Origin: an uncultured delta proteobacterium
Lineage (GTDB): Bacteria > Myxococcota > Myxococcia > Myxococcales > Anaeromyxobacteraceae
DNA: 64,000 nt
Assembly: GCA_963828255.1 (NCBI GenBank)
Contig: CAWHDZ010000007.1
Location: 64,001-128,000 of the forward strand
Direction of reading: 5' to 3'
Of this stretch, positions 9,328-19,200 are shown in pieces. Within the stretch, counting starts at the first letter, position 1. Each line of letters opens with the position of its first letter. The translations under genes and the position numbers were made by a program. The notes beneath the pieces are model-generated. The model made no database searches. It saw only the letters and a program-made list of their open reading frames with translations, and was not told the origin of the DNA.

Positions 9328-10803
9328 GTGCCCACCGGCGAGCCCTTCAGCACCGCGCTCCTCCTCACCACCGGTGGAATCCTCCTGGCCGCGAGCGTGC
9401 TCTTCTCGGGGGCGACGCGCCGCCTGGGGATGCCGGTGGGGCTGGTCTTCGTGGCCATCGGCATGCTCGCCGGCCGCGAGGGGCTGGGGATCTCCTTCGA
9501 CGACTACGCCTTCGCCTGGCGCCTGGGCACGGTGGCGCTGGCCCTCATCCTCTTCGACGGCGGGCTCAACACGCCGGTGGCCTCCTTCCGGGTGGCGCTG
9601 GCGCCGGCCGCGGTGCTGTCCACGGCGGGCGTGCTGGCCACGGCCGGGCTGGTGGGCGCCTTCGCCCGGCTGCTCGGCCTCCCCTGGGAGCAGGCCCTGT
9701 TGCTCGGGGCCATCGTCTCCTCCACCGACGCGGCGGCCGTCTTCTCCATCCTCCGGTCGAGCGGCATCAAGCTGAAGCGCAGGGTGGGGGCCACCCTGGA
9801 GCTCGAGTCGGGGCTCAACGACCCGATGGCGGTGATCCTCACCGAGGCCCTCACCTCCCAGCTCGTCACCGGGCGTCCGCTGGGGTGGCGCACCGCCGTC
9901 GAGGTGGTGCTCAAGCTCGCGGTGGGGCTCCTGGCCGGGCTCGCCATCGGCTGGGCCGGGCGCTGGGTCCTCTCCCGGGTGCGCCTCCCGGTGGGCGGGC
10001 TCTACCCGGTGCTCACCACCGCCATCGCGCTGCTGGCCTTCGGCGTCCCCGAGCTCCTCCACGGGAGCGGTTTCCTCTCCGTGTACATCGCCGCGGTGCT
10101 CATCGGCAACGGACCGCTGCCCTTCAAGGGCGGGGTGCTCCACGCCCACGACGCCGGGGCCTGGTTCCTCCAGGTCTGCATGTTCCTCGTGCTCGGCCTG
10201 CTGGGATCTCCGTCGAGCCTGCTGGCGAGCGGGCTCACTGGCGTGGCGCTGGGGCTGTTCCTGCTCCTGGCCCGGCCGCTGGTGGTGATCCCCATGCTGG
10301 CCCTCTTCGGCTTCCGCTGGCCCGAGCAGCTCTACGTGGGATGGGTCGGCCTGCGGGGGGCCGTGCCCATCATCCTCGCCATGGTGCCGGTGATGGCCGG
10401 GGCGCCCGGCGCCGACGTCATCTGGAACGCGGTCTTCTTCGTCGTGCTGGTGAACATCACCGTGCTCGGCTTCACCGCCGGTCGGGGGGCGCGGCAGCTC
10501 GACCTCCAGGCGTCCCGGCCGCCGCCCCCGCACGGGCTCATCGAGATCTCGTCGAGCCGGCCGCTCGACGCCGAGATCGAGGTCTTCTACGTGGACCCCG
10601 CCTCGGCGGTGGCGGGCTCGACGCTGGCCGACCTTCCGCCGTTCCCGGCCGGATCGGCGGTGCTCATGGTGCTGCGCGGCGACGACCTCCTCACCGCCCG
10701 CGGCTCCACCGTCCTCGAGCCCGGCGACCACGTCTACGTGCTCACCCGGGCCGAGGACGCGGGCTTCGTCCACCTGCTGTTCGGGGAGGCCGAGCAGGCA
10801 TGA
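9328..10803 (+). CDS. cvrA: K+/H+ antiporter (CvrA/NhaP2) with C-terminal TrkA-C domain
   Basis: LILFDGGL, SSTDAAAVFSILR, LELESGLNDPMAV, WVGLRGAVPIILA; C-terminal GSTVLEPGDHV. Confidence 0.93.
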   Translation: MPTGEPFSTALLLTTGGILLAASVLFSGATRRLGMPVGLVFVAIGMLAGREGLGISFDDYAFAWRLGTVALALILFDGGLNTPVASFRVALAPAAVLSTAGVLATAGLVGAFARLLGLPWEQALLLGAIVSSTDAAAVFSILRSSGIKLKRRVGATLELESGLNDPMAVILTEALTSQLVTGRPLGWRTAVEVVLKLAVGLLAGLAIGWAGRWVLSRVRLPVGGLYPVLTTAIALLAFGVPELLHGSGFLSVYIAAVLIGNGPLPFKGGVLHAHDAGAWFLQVCMFLVLGLLGSPSSLLASGLTGVALGLFLLLARPLVVIPMLALFGFRWPEQLYVGWVGLRGAVPIILAMVPVMAGAPGADVIWNAVFFVVLVNITVLGFTAGRGARQLDLQASRPPPPHGLIEISSSRPLDAEIEVFYVDPASAVAGSTLADLPPFPAGSAVLMVLRGDDLLTARGSTVLEPGDHVYVLTRAEDAGFVHLLFGEAEQA

Positions 10804-10839
10804 CGGCGGCCCCCGGTCCTCCGTGATAGGAAGGACCGC

Positions 10840-11442
10840 ATGAAACTCTTCTACGTTCCGAAGACCCGGGCCACGCGCCCGCGGTGGGTTCTCGAGGAGC
10901 TCGGCGTTCCCTACGAGCTCATCCGGCTCCAGGCCGGCCCGGCGGGCACCCGAGGTCCGGAGCACCTGGCGCGCAATCCGCTCGGCCACGTCCCGGTCCT
11001 GGAGGACCGCGGCCAGTTCGTCTTCGAGTCGGGCGCCATCTGCATGCACCTCGCCGATCTCTTCCCGGAGAGCCGGCTCATGCCCCCTCCGGGGACGGTG
11101 GACCGTGCCCACGCCTACCAGTGGGTGCTGTTCTCGCTGACGGAGATGGAGCCGCCCCTCATCGAGCTCTCGGCCGAGGCCAAGAAGCCCGACGTCGAGA
11201 GGAACGCATCGGTGAGCGCCGGGGCGCGGGAGCGCTTCGCGAAGGTGGTCGACCTGCTCGAGGCCGTGCTCCGGGATCGAAGGTACCTGGTGGGCGACGC
11301 CTTCGGTGTGGCCGACGTCATGGTGGGTGCCACGCTGGCCTGGGCCCGGTCCATGAAGCTCGTCGAGGCCAGGCCGTCGCTGGAGGGTTACCTCTCGCGG
11401 CTTCGCGAGCGCCCGGCCTGGCAGCGGGCGCTGGCCGACTGA
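10840..11442 (+). CDS. Glutathione S-transferase family protein
   Basis: LEELGVPYE, NPLGHVPVLED, FESGAIC, YLVGDAFGVADV. Confidence 0.93.
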   Translation: MKLFYVPKTRATRPRWVLEELGVPYELIRLQAGPAGTRGPEHLARNPLGHVPVLEDRGQFVFESGAICMHLADLFPESRLMPPPGTVDRAHAYQWVLFSLTEMEPPLIELSAEAKKPDVERNASVSAGARERFAKVVDLLEAVLRDRRYLVGDAFGVADVMVGATLAWARSMKLVEARPSLEGYLSRLRERPAWQRALAD

Positions 11443-11487
11443 CCGGAGGATGCTAGGATCCTCCCTCGAGGGGGAGGGGGTTCGCCA

Positions 11488-11907
11488 ATGAGCTGGTGGA
11501 TGTGGGTGCTTCTCGGCGTGGTGCTGCTCGTCGTCGAGATCGTCACGCCGGCGGGGCTGTTCGCGCTCTTCTTCGGCGCCTCGGCGATCCTCGTCGGCGG
11601 CCTGGTGGCCCTGGGCGTGGACGCCCCCTGGCTTCAGTGGTTGCTCTTCGCCGGCCTCGGCGTGGTGCTGCTCGCAGCCCTGCGGCGCAGGCTCCGAACC
11701 CGGATGACCGGGGATCCCGCGGTGGACGGTCTCCAGGGTGAGCTGGCCATTCCCCAGGAGGATCTGGCCCCCGGTGCGACCGGCAGGGCCGAGCTCCGCG
11801 GCGCCCCCTGGACCGCCATCAACGACGGCGGCACGGCGCTCCGCCGTGGCCAGCGCTGCCGGGTCTTCCGCGCCGAGAACCTGACCATCTACATCCGGCC
11901 TGAGTGA
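11488..11907 (+). CDS. NfeD family protein (short form)
   Basis: Three hydrophobic helices plus OB-like GRAELRGAPWTA; directly upstream of the SPFH gene. Confidence 0.88.
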   Translation: MSWWMWVLLGVVLLVVEIVTPAGLFALFFGASAILVGGLVALGVDAPWLQWLLFAGLGVVLLAALRRRLRTRMTGDPAVDGLQGELAIPQEDLAPGATGRAELRGAPWTAINDGGTALRRGQRCRVFRAENLTIYIRPE

Positions 11908-11917
11908 GGGGAAACGC

Positions 11918-12871
11918 ATGAGCACCCTGGCAGTCGTCATCGTCGTCGCCGTCTTCGTGGTCTTCGTGGTCTTGAAGACGGCCGTGGTCGTGCCGCAGCA
12001 GAGCGCGTTCGTTGTGGAGCGGCTGGGGCGCTTCAACGGCGTGCTCACCGCCGGCTTCCACGTGCTCTTCCCCTTCATCGACGTGGTCCGCTACAGGCAC
12101 ACCTTGAAGGAGCAGGCGGTCGACATCCCGGAGCAGGTCTGCATCACCCGCGACAACGTCCAGGTCCACGTCGACGGCGTCCTCTACCTCCAGGTCATGG
12201 ACGCCCAGCGGGCCAGCTACGGCATCGCCGACTACCACTTCGCCATCAGCCAGCTGGCCCAGACCACGCTCCGCTCCGAGGTCGGCAAGATCGACCTCGA
12301 CAAGACCTTCGAGGAGCGCACCCACGTGAACACCCAGGTGGTCAACGAGCTCGACAAGGCCACCGTCCCGTGGGGCATCAAGGTGCTGCGCTACGAGCTC
12401 AAGAACATCACGCCGCCCCAGGACGTGCTGGCCGCCATGGAGAAGCAGATGCGCGCCGAGCGGGAGAAGCGCGCGGTCATCCTCTCCTCCGAGGGCGAGC
12501 GCGACGCGGCCATCAACACCGCCGAGGGGCGCAAGCAGCAGGTCATCAAGGAGTCGGAGGCCTTTCGCCAGCAGCAGATCAACGAGGCCGACGGGCAGTC
12601 CCAGGCGATTCTTCAGATCGCGGTGGCCACGGCCGAGGGAATCCGCAAGGTGGCCGAGGCAGTCTCCCACCAGGGCGGGGTGGAGGCCCTCCAGCTCCGC
12701 GTGGCCGAGCAGTGGGTGAAGGAATTCGGAAATCTCGCCAAGGCCGGCAACACCCTGGTCATTCCGGCCAACCTCTCCGACGTCGCCTCCATGGTGGCGC
12801 TCGCCATGAAGGTGGCGCGCCAGGAGGACGTGCTTCCCACCTCGCCGGTTCCCCGCGCGCCCGCGCGCTGA
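11918..12871 (+). CDS. SPFH/band-7 stomatin-like protein (QmcA-like)
   Basis: VVERLGRF, QVCITRDNV, LAQTTLRSEVG, MEKQMRAEREKRA. Confidence 0.95.
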   Translation: MSTLAVVIVVAVFVVFVVLKTAVVVPQQSAFVVERLGRFNGVLTAGFHVLFPFIDVVRYRHTLKEQAVDIPEQVCITRDNVQVHVDGVLYLQVMDAQRASYGIADYHFAISQLAQTTLRSEVGKIDLDKTFEERTHVNTQVVNELDKATVPWGIKVLRYELKNITPPQDVLAAMEKQMRAEREKRAVILSSEGERDAAINTAEGRKQQVIKESEAFRQQQINEADGQSQAILQIAVATAEGIRKVAEAVSHQGGVEALQLRVAEQWVKEFGNLAKAGNTLVIPANLSDVASMVALAMKVARQEDVLPTSPVPRAPAR

Positions 12872-12874
12872 CCG

Positions 12875-13981
12875 TCAGCCCGCTGCCTTCCAGGCCGCAA
12901 GCACCTCCTTCTCCCGCTCGCGGGAGAGGCCCGCCCTGGGCTTGGCCCTCCGCTCCGGCGGAAGCCCGTTCCACCAGGAGAGCGTGTCCCGCGCGGTCTC
13001 GCCGAGCGGCCGGAAGCGCAGTCCCGCCGCCACCGCACGCGCGATGGAGACCTGCGACATCCCGCTCTCCGGCCCGCCCGAAGGGATCCAGACCGGCATG
13101 TCGCTCCACGGCTCCACCTTCTCCTTCTCCAGGAAGGGCCAGGGAACCCAGGTGAGCGGAGCGGCCGGCCCCGCGGCCGGCTGGCAGGCCTCGAGCATGG
13201 CGCGCATCGAGGTGCGGGATGCCGGCCCCACCGCGTTCATGGTCCCGGTGGCCCGGCGGCCGGCCATGTCCACCATCCAGTCGCCCAGGTCGCGGACGTC
13301 CACCACCTGGATCGGGTCGTCCCCGGTGCCCGGCGCGAGGACGGCGCCTCCCTCGGCGAGCCGCACCGGCCAGTAGGTGAACCTGTCGGTCGGGTCGCCG
13401 GGGCCGACGATGAGGCCGGGGCGCACCACCAGCACGCGACCGGGCATGGCCGTCTCGGCGGCCCGCTCGCAGGCGGCCTTGAGGGCTCCGTAGTTCGCCC
13501 GGACGTCCTCGGTGGACGGGTCGGAGAGCAGGGCGATCTTCGCGCTCTCGTCCGAACCCGGCGGGATGGCCTCGTCGTAGGCCGAGATGGAGGAGACGAA
13601 GACGTAGCGATCCACCGAGGGTGCGAGGAGCTCCGCCGACATCCGGACGATGCGCGGGACGTAGCCCGAGGTGTCGATCACCACGTCCCACCTGCGGCCG
13701 GCGAGCGCCTCGAGCTTCCCGTTCCGGTCGCCCTGGAGCTGCTCCAGGTCGGTGAACCGGCCGGGGTTGGTCTTGCCGCGGTTGAAGAGGGTCACCACGT
13801 CGCCGCGGGCCCGCGCCGCCTCGACCAGCGCCGGTCCGAGGAAGCCCGTGCCCCCGAGGATGAGGATCCTGGAGGGGCCGTCCGCGCGGGGGGAGCCACC
13901 GGGCCCTCCGGCCTTCGGCGCCGTGCAGGCGGCCAGGGTGGCGAGGGAGGCCTGCAGGAAGTCGCGCCGGGTCATGGCCAT
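12875..13981 (-). CDS. NAD-dependent epimerase/dehydratase family; predicted Tat lipoprotein
   Basis: TRRDFL twin-arginine motif, LAAC lipobox, Rossmann ILGGTGFLG, YGALK. Confidence 0.88.
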   Translation of the reverse strand: MAMTRRDFLQASLATLAACTAPKAGGPGGSPRADGPSRILILGGTGFLGPALVEAARARGDVVTLFNRGKTNPGRFTDLEQLQGDRNGKLEALAGRRWDVVIDTSGYVPRIVRMSAELLAPSVDRYVFVSSISAYDEAIPPGSDESAKIALLSDPSTEDVRANYGALKAACERAAETAMPGRVLVVRPGLIVGPGDPTDRFTYWPVRLAEGGAVLAPGTGDDPIQVVDVRDLGDWMVDMAGRRATGTMNAVGPASRTSMRAMLEACQPAAGPAAPLTWVPWPFLEKEKVEPWSDMPVWIPSGGPESGMSQVSIARAVAAGLRFRPLGETARDTLSWWNGLPPERRAKPRAGLSREREKEVLAAWKAAG

Positions 13982-13991
13982 GTCGTGCCTC

Positions 13992-14915
13992 TCAGGTGCG
14001 GAACTCGGCCGCCATCCGGCGACGCATCCGGTCGTCGGGGAACGGTCCCGTGCCGGCGGCGAGGTTGTCGGCCATGTGGTCGGGGCGGCGCGTCGCGGGG
14101 ATGGCGCTCGTCACGGCGGGGTGGGAGAAGACGAACTTGAGGAAGACCTGGGCCCAGGAGGCCGCGCCGATCTCGGCGGCCCAGGGGGGCAGCGCCTTCC
14201 CGCGCACCGCCGAGAAGAGGGCGCCCACCTCGAACGGGCGCATCACCAGCACGGCCACGCCTGCGTCGGCCGCGGCCGGCAGGAGCCGCTTCTCGGCCTC
14301 CCGCGAGGAGATGGAATAGGGGAGCTGCACGAAGTCGACCTTCTCCGTGGCCATGAGCTTCTCGAGCAGCGGGAACGATGACGGGGAGTGATGGGTGATC
14401 CCCAGGTACCGGATCTTCCCCTGCTCCTTCCAGGCGCGCAGCACGGGCAGGTGGGTCTCCCAGTCGAGCAGGTTGTGGACCTGCATGAGGTCGATGCGAT
14501 CGGTGCGGAGCCGCCGCATCGACTCGCGCATCTGGGCCTCGCCCTGGGACTTGCCGGTGGTCCAGACCTTGGTGGCCAGGAAGGGGCGGGGGAGCTGTCC
14601 CGCCGCGGCGACGATGTCGCCGGCGACCGACTCGGCGCGGCCGTACATGGGGGAGGAGTCCACCACCCGGCCGCCTGCCTGGAGGAAGAGGCGCATCACC
14701 TCGGCGAGCGGCGCCCGCTCCTCGGCGGACGCACCCACGTCGAAGGTCTGCCAGGTTCCGAGGCCGACGACCGGAAGGAGCTCACCGGTTCGCGGGATGG
14801 GACGGCTGGCCATCGCGCCACCTCCTGCTCCGGCTGCCCGGGCCCGGAGCGCGACCGACAGCATGCCCCCGGCGGAGGCCTGGAGAAAGCGGCGGCGCGT
14901 CATTCCCCGGATCAC
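13992..14915 (-). CDS. Aldo/keto reductase with Tat signal
   Basis: TRRRFL; GLGTWQTF, DSSPMYG, ATKVW, DLMQVHNL. Start is GTG 14915 (overlapping the upstream TGA) or ATG 14903. Confidence 0.9.
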   Translation of the reverse strand: MIRGMTRRRFLQASAGGMLSVALRARAAGAGGGAMASRPIPRTGELLPVVGLGTWQTFDVGASAEERAPLAEVMRLFLQAGGRVVDSSPMYGRAESVAGDIVAAAGQLPRPFLATKVWTTGKSQGEAQMRESMRRLRTDRIDLMQVHNLLDWETHLPVLRAWKEQGKIRYLGITHHSPSSFPLLEKLMATEKVDFVQLPYSISSREAEKRLLPAAADAGVAVLVMRPFEVGALFSAVRGKALPPWAAEIGAASWAQVFLKFVFSHPAVTSAIPATRRPDHMADNLAAGTGPFPDDRMRRRMAAEFRT

Positions 14916-16210
14916 GATGGCCCCCCCGGCGCCCCGGCGACCTCGCGACGGCGCTCCTCCCGGGCGAGCCAGAGCGCGAGACCGATGCCCAGGAGCCCCA
15001 CCGGGACCGCGAGGAGCAGGCTCCCCGCGATCCCCGCACCGGCGGCCGAGAGTCCGCGGGCCAGCCAGGCCGAGCCCGCGTCGCCGGCGCGGTAGACCAC
15101 CGTGTCCACGAAGGACTTCGACTTGTACCGCTCCTCGCGCGTCACCACGGTGTAGAGGACCTCCCGGGCCGGACGCTCCACGGCATAGCTGGCCGCGCGC
15201 CGCAGCGCCTGGAATGTGGCCAGCACCCAGAAGGTGGGCCAGCCGGCCGCGACGGCGAAGCCGCTGGCCGTGACGGCGGGCACGAGCGCGAGGGCCGCGC
15301 CCAGCCCGAGACGGGAGACGATTCGCCCGGTGGCGAGAAATCCAGTGAGGAGCGCGGCCACGTTCACCATGAGGTCCACCCGGGCGAAGAGGCGCGTGCG
15401 CGAGGCCGAGTCGAGCCCGGAGGACGCCACCAGGTGGGCCACCTGGAAGTAGAGCAGCGTCGAGCCCAGCGTGAAGAGGAGCATCTGGCCGGCGATGCCG
15501 AGCAGGTAGCGATCGCGGAAGACCATGGCCACGCCGCTCCAGGCGCTCCCGCCCAGCGCCGCGCCCTCGTCGCGGGCTGCCTCCCTGCCCGCCTCTCCCG
15601 CCCGGGCCTCTGCGGCGCCGCTGCGGCGCGACCACCGGATGGTCCGGCGCATCGCCTGGGTGGAGAGCTCGAGGAACACGGCCGACACCAGGACCAGGTT
15701 CGCGACGCCGACGACGCCCACCAGGAACTCCACGCAGAGCGGTCCGGCGATGGCCCCGGCGCTCCCGCCCGCCGCGACGAAGCCGAAGAGCCGCTTCCCC
15801 TGGTCCGTGGTGAAGAGATCCACGAGCAGCGACCAGAAGACCGAGACCACGAAGAGGCCGTAGACGCTCACCCAGACGAAGAAGGCCCGTGCCAGCGGCG
15901 CCGGCGCCACCCCGGCCCGGAATAGCCCCCAGAAGAGGAGCAGCGTGACCAGGAAGAAGCGGTAGACGAGGGGCACGGCCCGGGCGCGCGGCACCCGGGC
16001 CACCAGGCGCGCGTAGATCGGGACCGCCACCAGCATGAGCCCGAAGGTGGCCGTGAAGTTCCAGGGCAGGTTGTCCACGCCGCCGCGGATGCCCATCTCC
16101 TCCCGGAGCGAGCGCAGCACGTAGTAGCCGCAGAGCAGGGCGAAGAACGAGGCGAAGGCCCAGAGCGCCGGGGCCGCCTCGCCGGGACGTGCGTCGACGG
16201 GACGGGCCAT
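14912..16210 (-). CDS. MFS transporter, NTP/NDP exchanger (TLC/AAA)-like
   Basis: YYVLRSLREEMG, SVFWSLLVDLF...GKRLFG, RPAREVLYT...YKSKSFVDTVVYRAGD. Confidence 0.85.
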   Translation of the reverse strand: MARPVDARPGEAAPALWAFASFFALLCGYYVLRSLREEMGIRGGVDNLPWNFTATFGLMLVAVPIYARLVARVPRARAVPLVYRFFLVTLLLFWGLFRAGVAPAPLARAFFVWVSVYGLFVVSVFWSLLVDLFTTDQGKRLFGFVAAGGSAGAIAGPLCVEFLVGVVGVANLVLVSAVFLELSTQAMRRTIRWSRRSGAAEARAGEAGREAARDEGAALGGSAWSGVAMVFRDRYLLGIAGQMLLFTLGSTLLYFQVAHLVASSGLDSASRTRLFARVDLMVNVAALLTGFLATGRIVSRLGLGAALALVPAVTASGFAVAAGWPTFWVLATFQALRRAASYAVERPAREVLYTVVTREERYKSKSFVDTVVYRAGDAGSAWLARGLSAAGAGIAGSLLLAVPVGLLGIGLALWLAREERRREVAGAPGGPS

Positions 16211-16229
16211 CCGGGACTTCCCGCCCTCC

Positions 16230-19200
16230 CTACAGCTGGATGACCTTGGCCTGCTGCGCCTGGGCCCGGAAGCGCTCCGGCCAGCCCGCCCCGGACAGGC
16301 GGGTGGCGGCCTCGACGGCGAGGTGCCGTCCCACGGCGCCCAGCCCGGCGTTCCGCCCCAGCCCCTGCACGCAGGACGGGCAGTTGGTGAGCATCAACGT
16401 GCCGGCGGGGAGGCTCTCCATGGCCTCCTTCACCGCGCCGGCCTTGCGGTGGAGCATGGAGTCGGTGATGTCCGGCCGCGAGAGGGCCAGCGTGCCCGCC
16501 TCCGAGCAGCAGTTGGGGACCTCGGTGGCCTCGAACCCGGCACGGGCCAGCGTGGCCACCCCGGCACCCCGCAGCGAGTCGTGGCAGGGGGTGTGGTAGA
16601 GCGCCACCGGGGCATTGCCCGGGAGCGAGAGCCCGGCGTCGAGCGCGAACCCGACCGCGTCCACCACCGGGGCCCCGAAGATCTTCTCGACCTCCATGCC
16701 CTCGAGCCCGTCCATGCAGGTGCCGCAGCTCACCACCACAGCGTCGAACTCCAGGTGGGAGAGCATGTCGCGGATCTGGCTGAAGAGGATGGTGTCGCGC
16801 AGGACCGTGCGGCCGTGCTGCTCGGTGAGCGCGTTGGCGTGGGCCGGGAAGCCGCAGCACAGGAAGGGCGGCGGGATGACCACCCGCGTCCCGGTCTCGA
16901 GGAGCAGGTGGATGGCCGCCTGGGAGATGCGCGAGAAGAGCCGCTCCGACCCGCAGCCCGGGAAGTAGAAGACGGTGCGGTTCGCCTCGCCCTCGGGCTC
17001 GAAGACCAGCGCCTGGTCGGCGCGGCACTCCGGGACCACGTCGCGAAGCGTGCCCTCGTCGGCCTGCGTGACCGGCGAGCGCAGCGTGGCCAGCAGCCGG
17101 GAGCTCCCGTCGAGCCTCTGGAGCGGTCCGGTGACCTCGTGCCCGGCGCGCTGCAGCGCCCCGCCGATGCTGACCAGCCCGGTGCGGAGCAGCTTGTTTC
17201 CGAGGCGCGACCGGGTGTCGAGGTAGCGCAGGGTGAGGCGCGTGGTGATGGGCATCCGCTTGAAGCCGCGCGCCGCCAGGATCTCCCGCTCGATGACCGT
17301 GACCTCGCCGGTGTCGATGTCCACCGGGCAGGGCTTCAGGCACTTGTGACAGATGGTGCAGTGGTCGGCCACCTCCTCGAGGTGGCGGAGCAGCTCGAAG
17401 GAGCCCGAGCGCTGGCGCTGGGCGTCGTAGAGCAGCGCCTCGATGAGCGCGCCGATGGCCAGGTTCTTGTTGCGCGGGTGGAAGAACATCCCCCGGCCCG
17501 GGTAGAAGACGCAGCAGTCGGGCTTGCACTTGCCGCAGCGGACGCAGGTGGCGATGCGCCGGGCCAGCTCCTCGAGCTGCCCGTGCTGCAGGATGCGGGC
17601 CTCGAGCTTCAGCAGGTTGAAGGAGGGGGTGTAGATCTGCTCGAGCGCGGTCAGGTCGGAGAGCTTGCCCGGGTTCATGAGGCCGCCCGGGTCCACCACC
17701 CGCCGGTAGGCCTCGAGCTCCTTGCGCCGCTCCGGGTCCCAGTACTTGAGCTTGGTGACGCCGATGCCGTGCTCGCCGGAGACCACGCCGCCCAGCTCGT
17801 GGACCCGGTCGAAGACCTTCTCCACCACCGCCTCCGAGCGGCGCAGCATCTGCCGGTCGTTGGAGAGCACCGGGATGTTCACGTGCACGTTGCCGTCGCC
17901 GGCGTGCATGTGGGTGGCGAGGACGATCAGGCGGGCCCGCACCTCCTCCCAGACGGCGGAGAGGGTGGCGGCCACCTTGGGGTGGGTGGCGAGCAGCGCC
18001 GCCAGGTCCTGCCGGAGCCGGTCGGTCACGGCGAGCGAGCGCACCTCGGCCTCGCCGGCCCTGGCGATGGCCTCGCGGGCATTCGTGCAGGCGGAGAGCG
18101 CCGCCGTGAGCTTGGGCGCCCAGAGCGCGTCCTGCGGGGTGGGGACCCCGTGCAGGTAGGTCTCGGCACGCCGGACGAAGTTCTCCTGGCAGTGACGTTC
18201 CTCGTGGACGTTCATCGCGTCGATGAAGAGCGAGAACTCGGCGAGCGCCGTGAGGGGGAGGACCACGTCCTCGTTCACCTTGAAGGCGTTGGTGCGCCGG
18301 GCGATGGCGCCGAGCTTCTTGCGGTCGGCCCAGAAGCGCTTGCCCTCGGCGGCGTCGCGCGCCTCGGCCAGGAAGGTCTTCCCGTGGGGAGCCAGGATGG
18401 AGCGGATGCGGGCCACGCCGCGGCCCACCTGCTCGGGGGTGTGGCCGACCACGTCGACGATGATGACCGCCTTGGGAGTCTCGGTGCGCGGCGCCTTCAC
18501 CTGGTAGCCGATGGCCTTCACGTACTGGTCGTCGAAGTGCTCGAGCGCCGAGAGGGCCTCCTCGCCGCGGTTGGGCATCTCCCGGGCGATCTCCAGGATC
18601 ACCTGGCTGGCCTCGTCGAAGTCGGGCCCGAAGAACTCCAGGCACAGGGTGCGGGTGTGCGGGTAGGCCGGGTAGAGGATGAACTCGGCCGAGGTGATGA
18701 CGCCGTCGGTGCCCTCCTTCTGCACGCCGGGCAGGCCCCCCAGGGCCTTGTTGGTGATGTCCTTCCAGAGCCCCCGCTTGCGGATCTCGCTCCCCAGGAG
18801 CTCGATGGGGCGCACCAGCGCACCGGCGCCGTCGCGGACCTCGAAGCGCACCACGTCGTCGAAGAGGATCTTGCGCAGCTGGTGGTTGACCCGGTGCACG
18901 ATCCAGTCGTGGCCGCCGGGCATGGCGATGCGGAACGACACCAGGTTGTCGATGCAGGTGCCCCACAGGACGCAATCCTTGCCGCCGGCGTTCTCGGCGA
19001 TGTTCCCGCCGATGGTGCAGGCCCAGGCGCTGGTGGGGTCGGTGGCGAAGACCAGGCCGCGGTGGGTGGCATGCTCCATGGCCGCCTCGGTGATGACCCC
19101 GGCCTCGAGGTCCACCACCTGCCCCGTCACGGTCCGTCCATCGTCCAGGACGAACGGACGCGACGACACGCCGCGGATCCGGTTCAGCTTCTCGGTGTTC

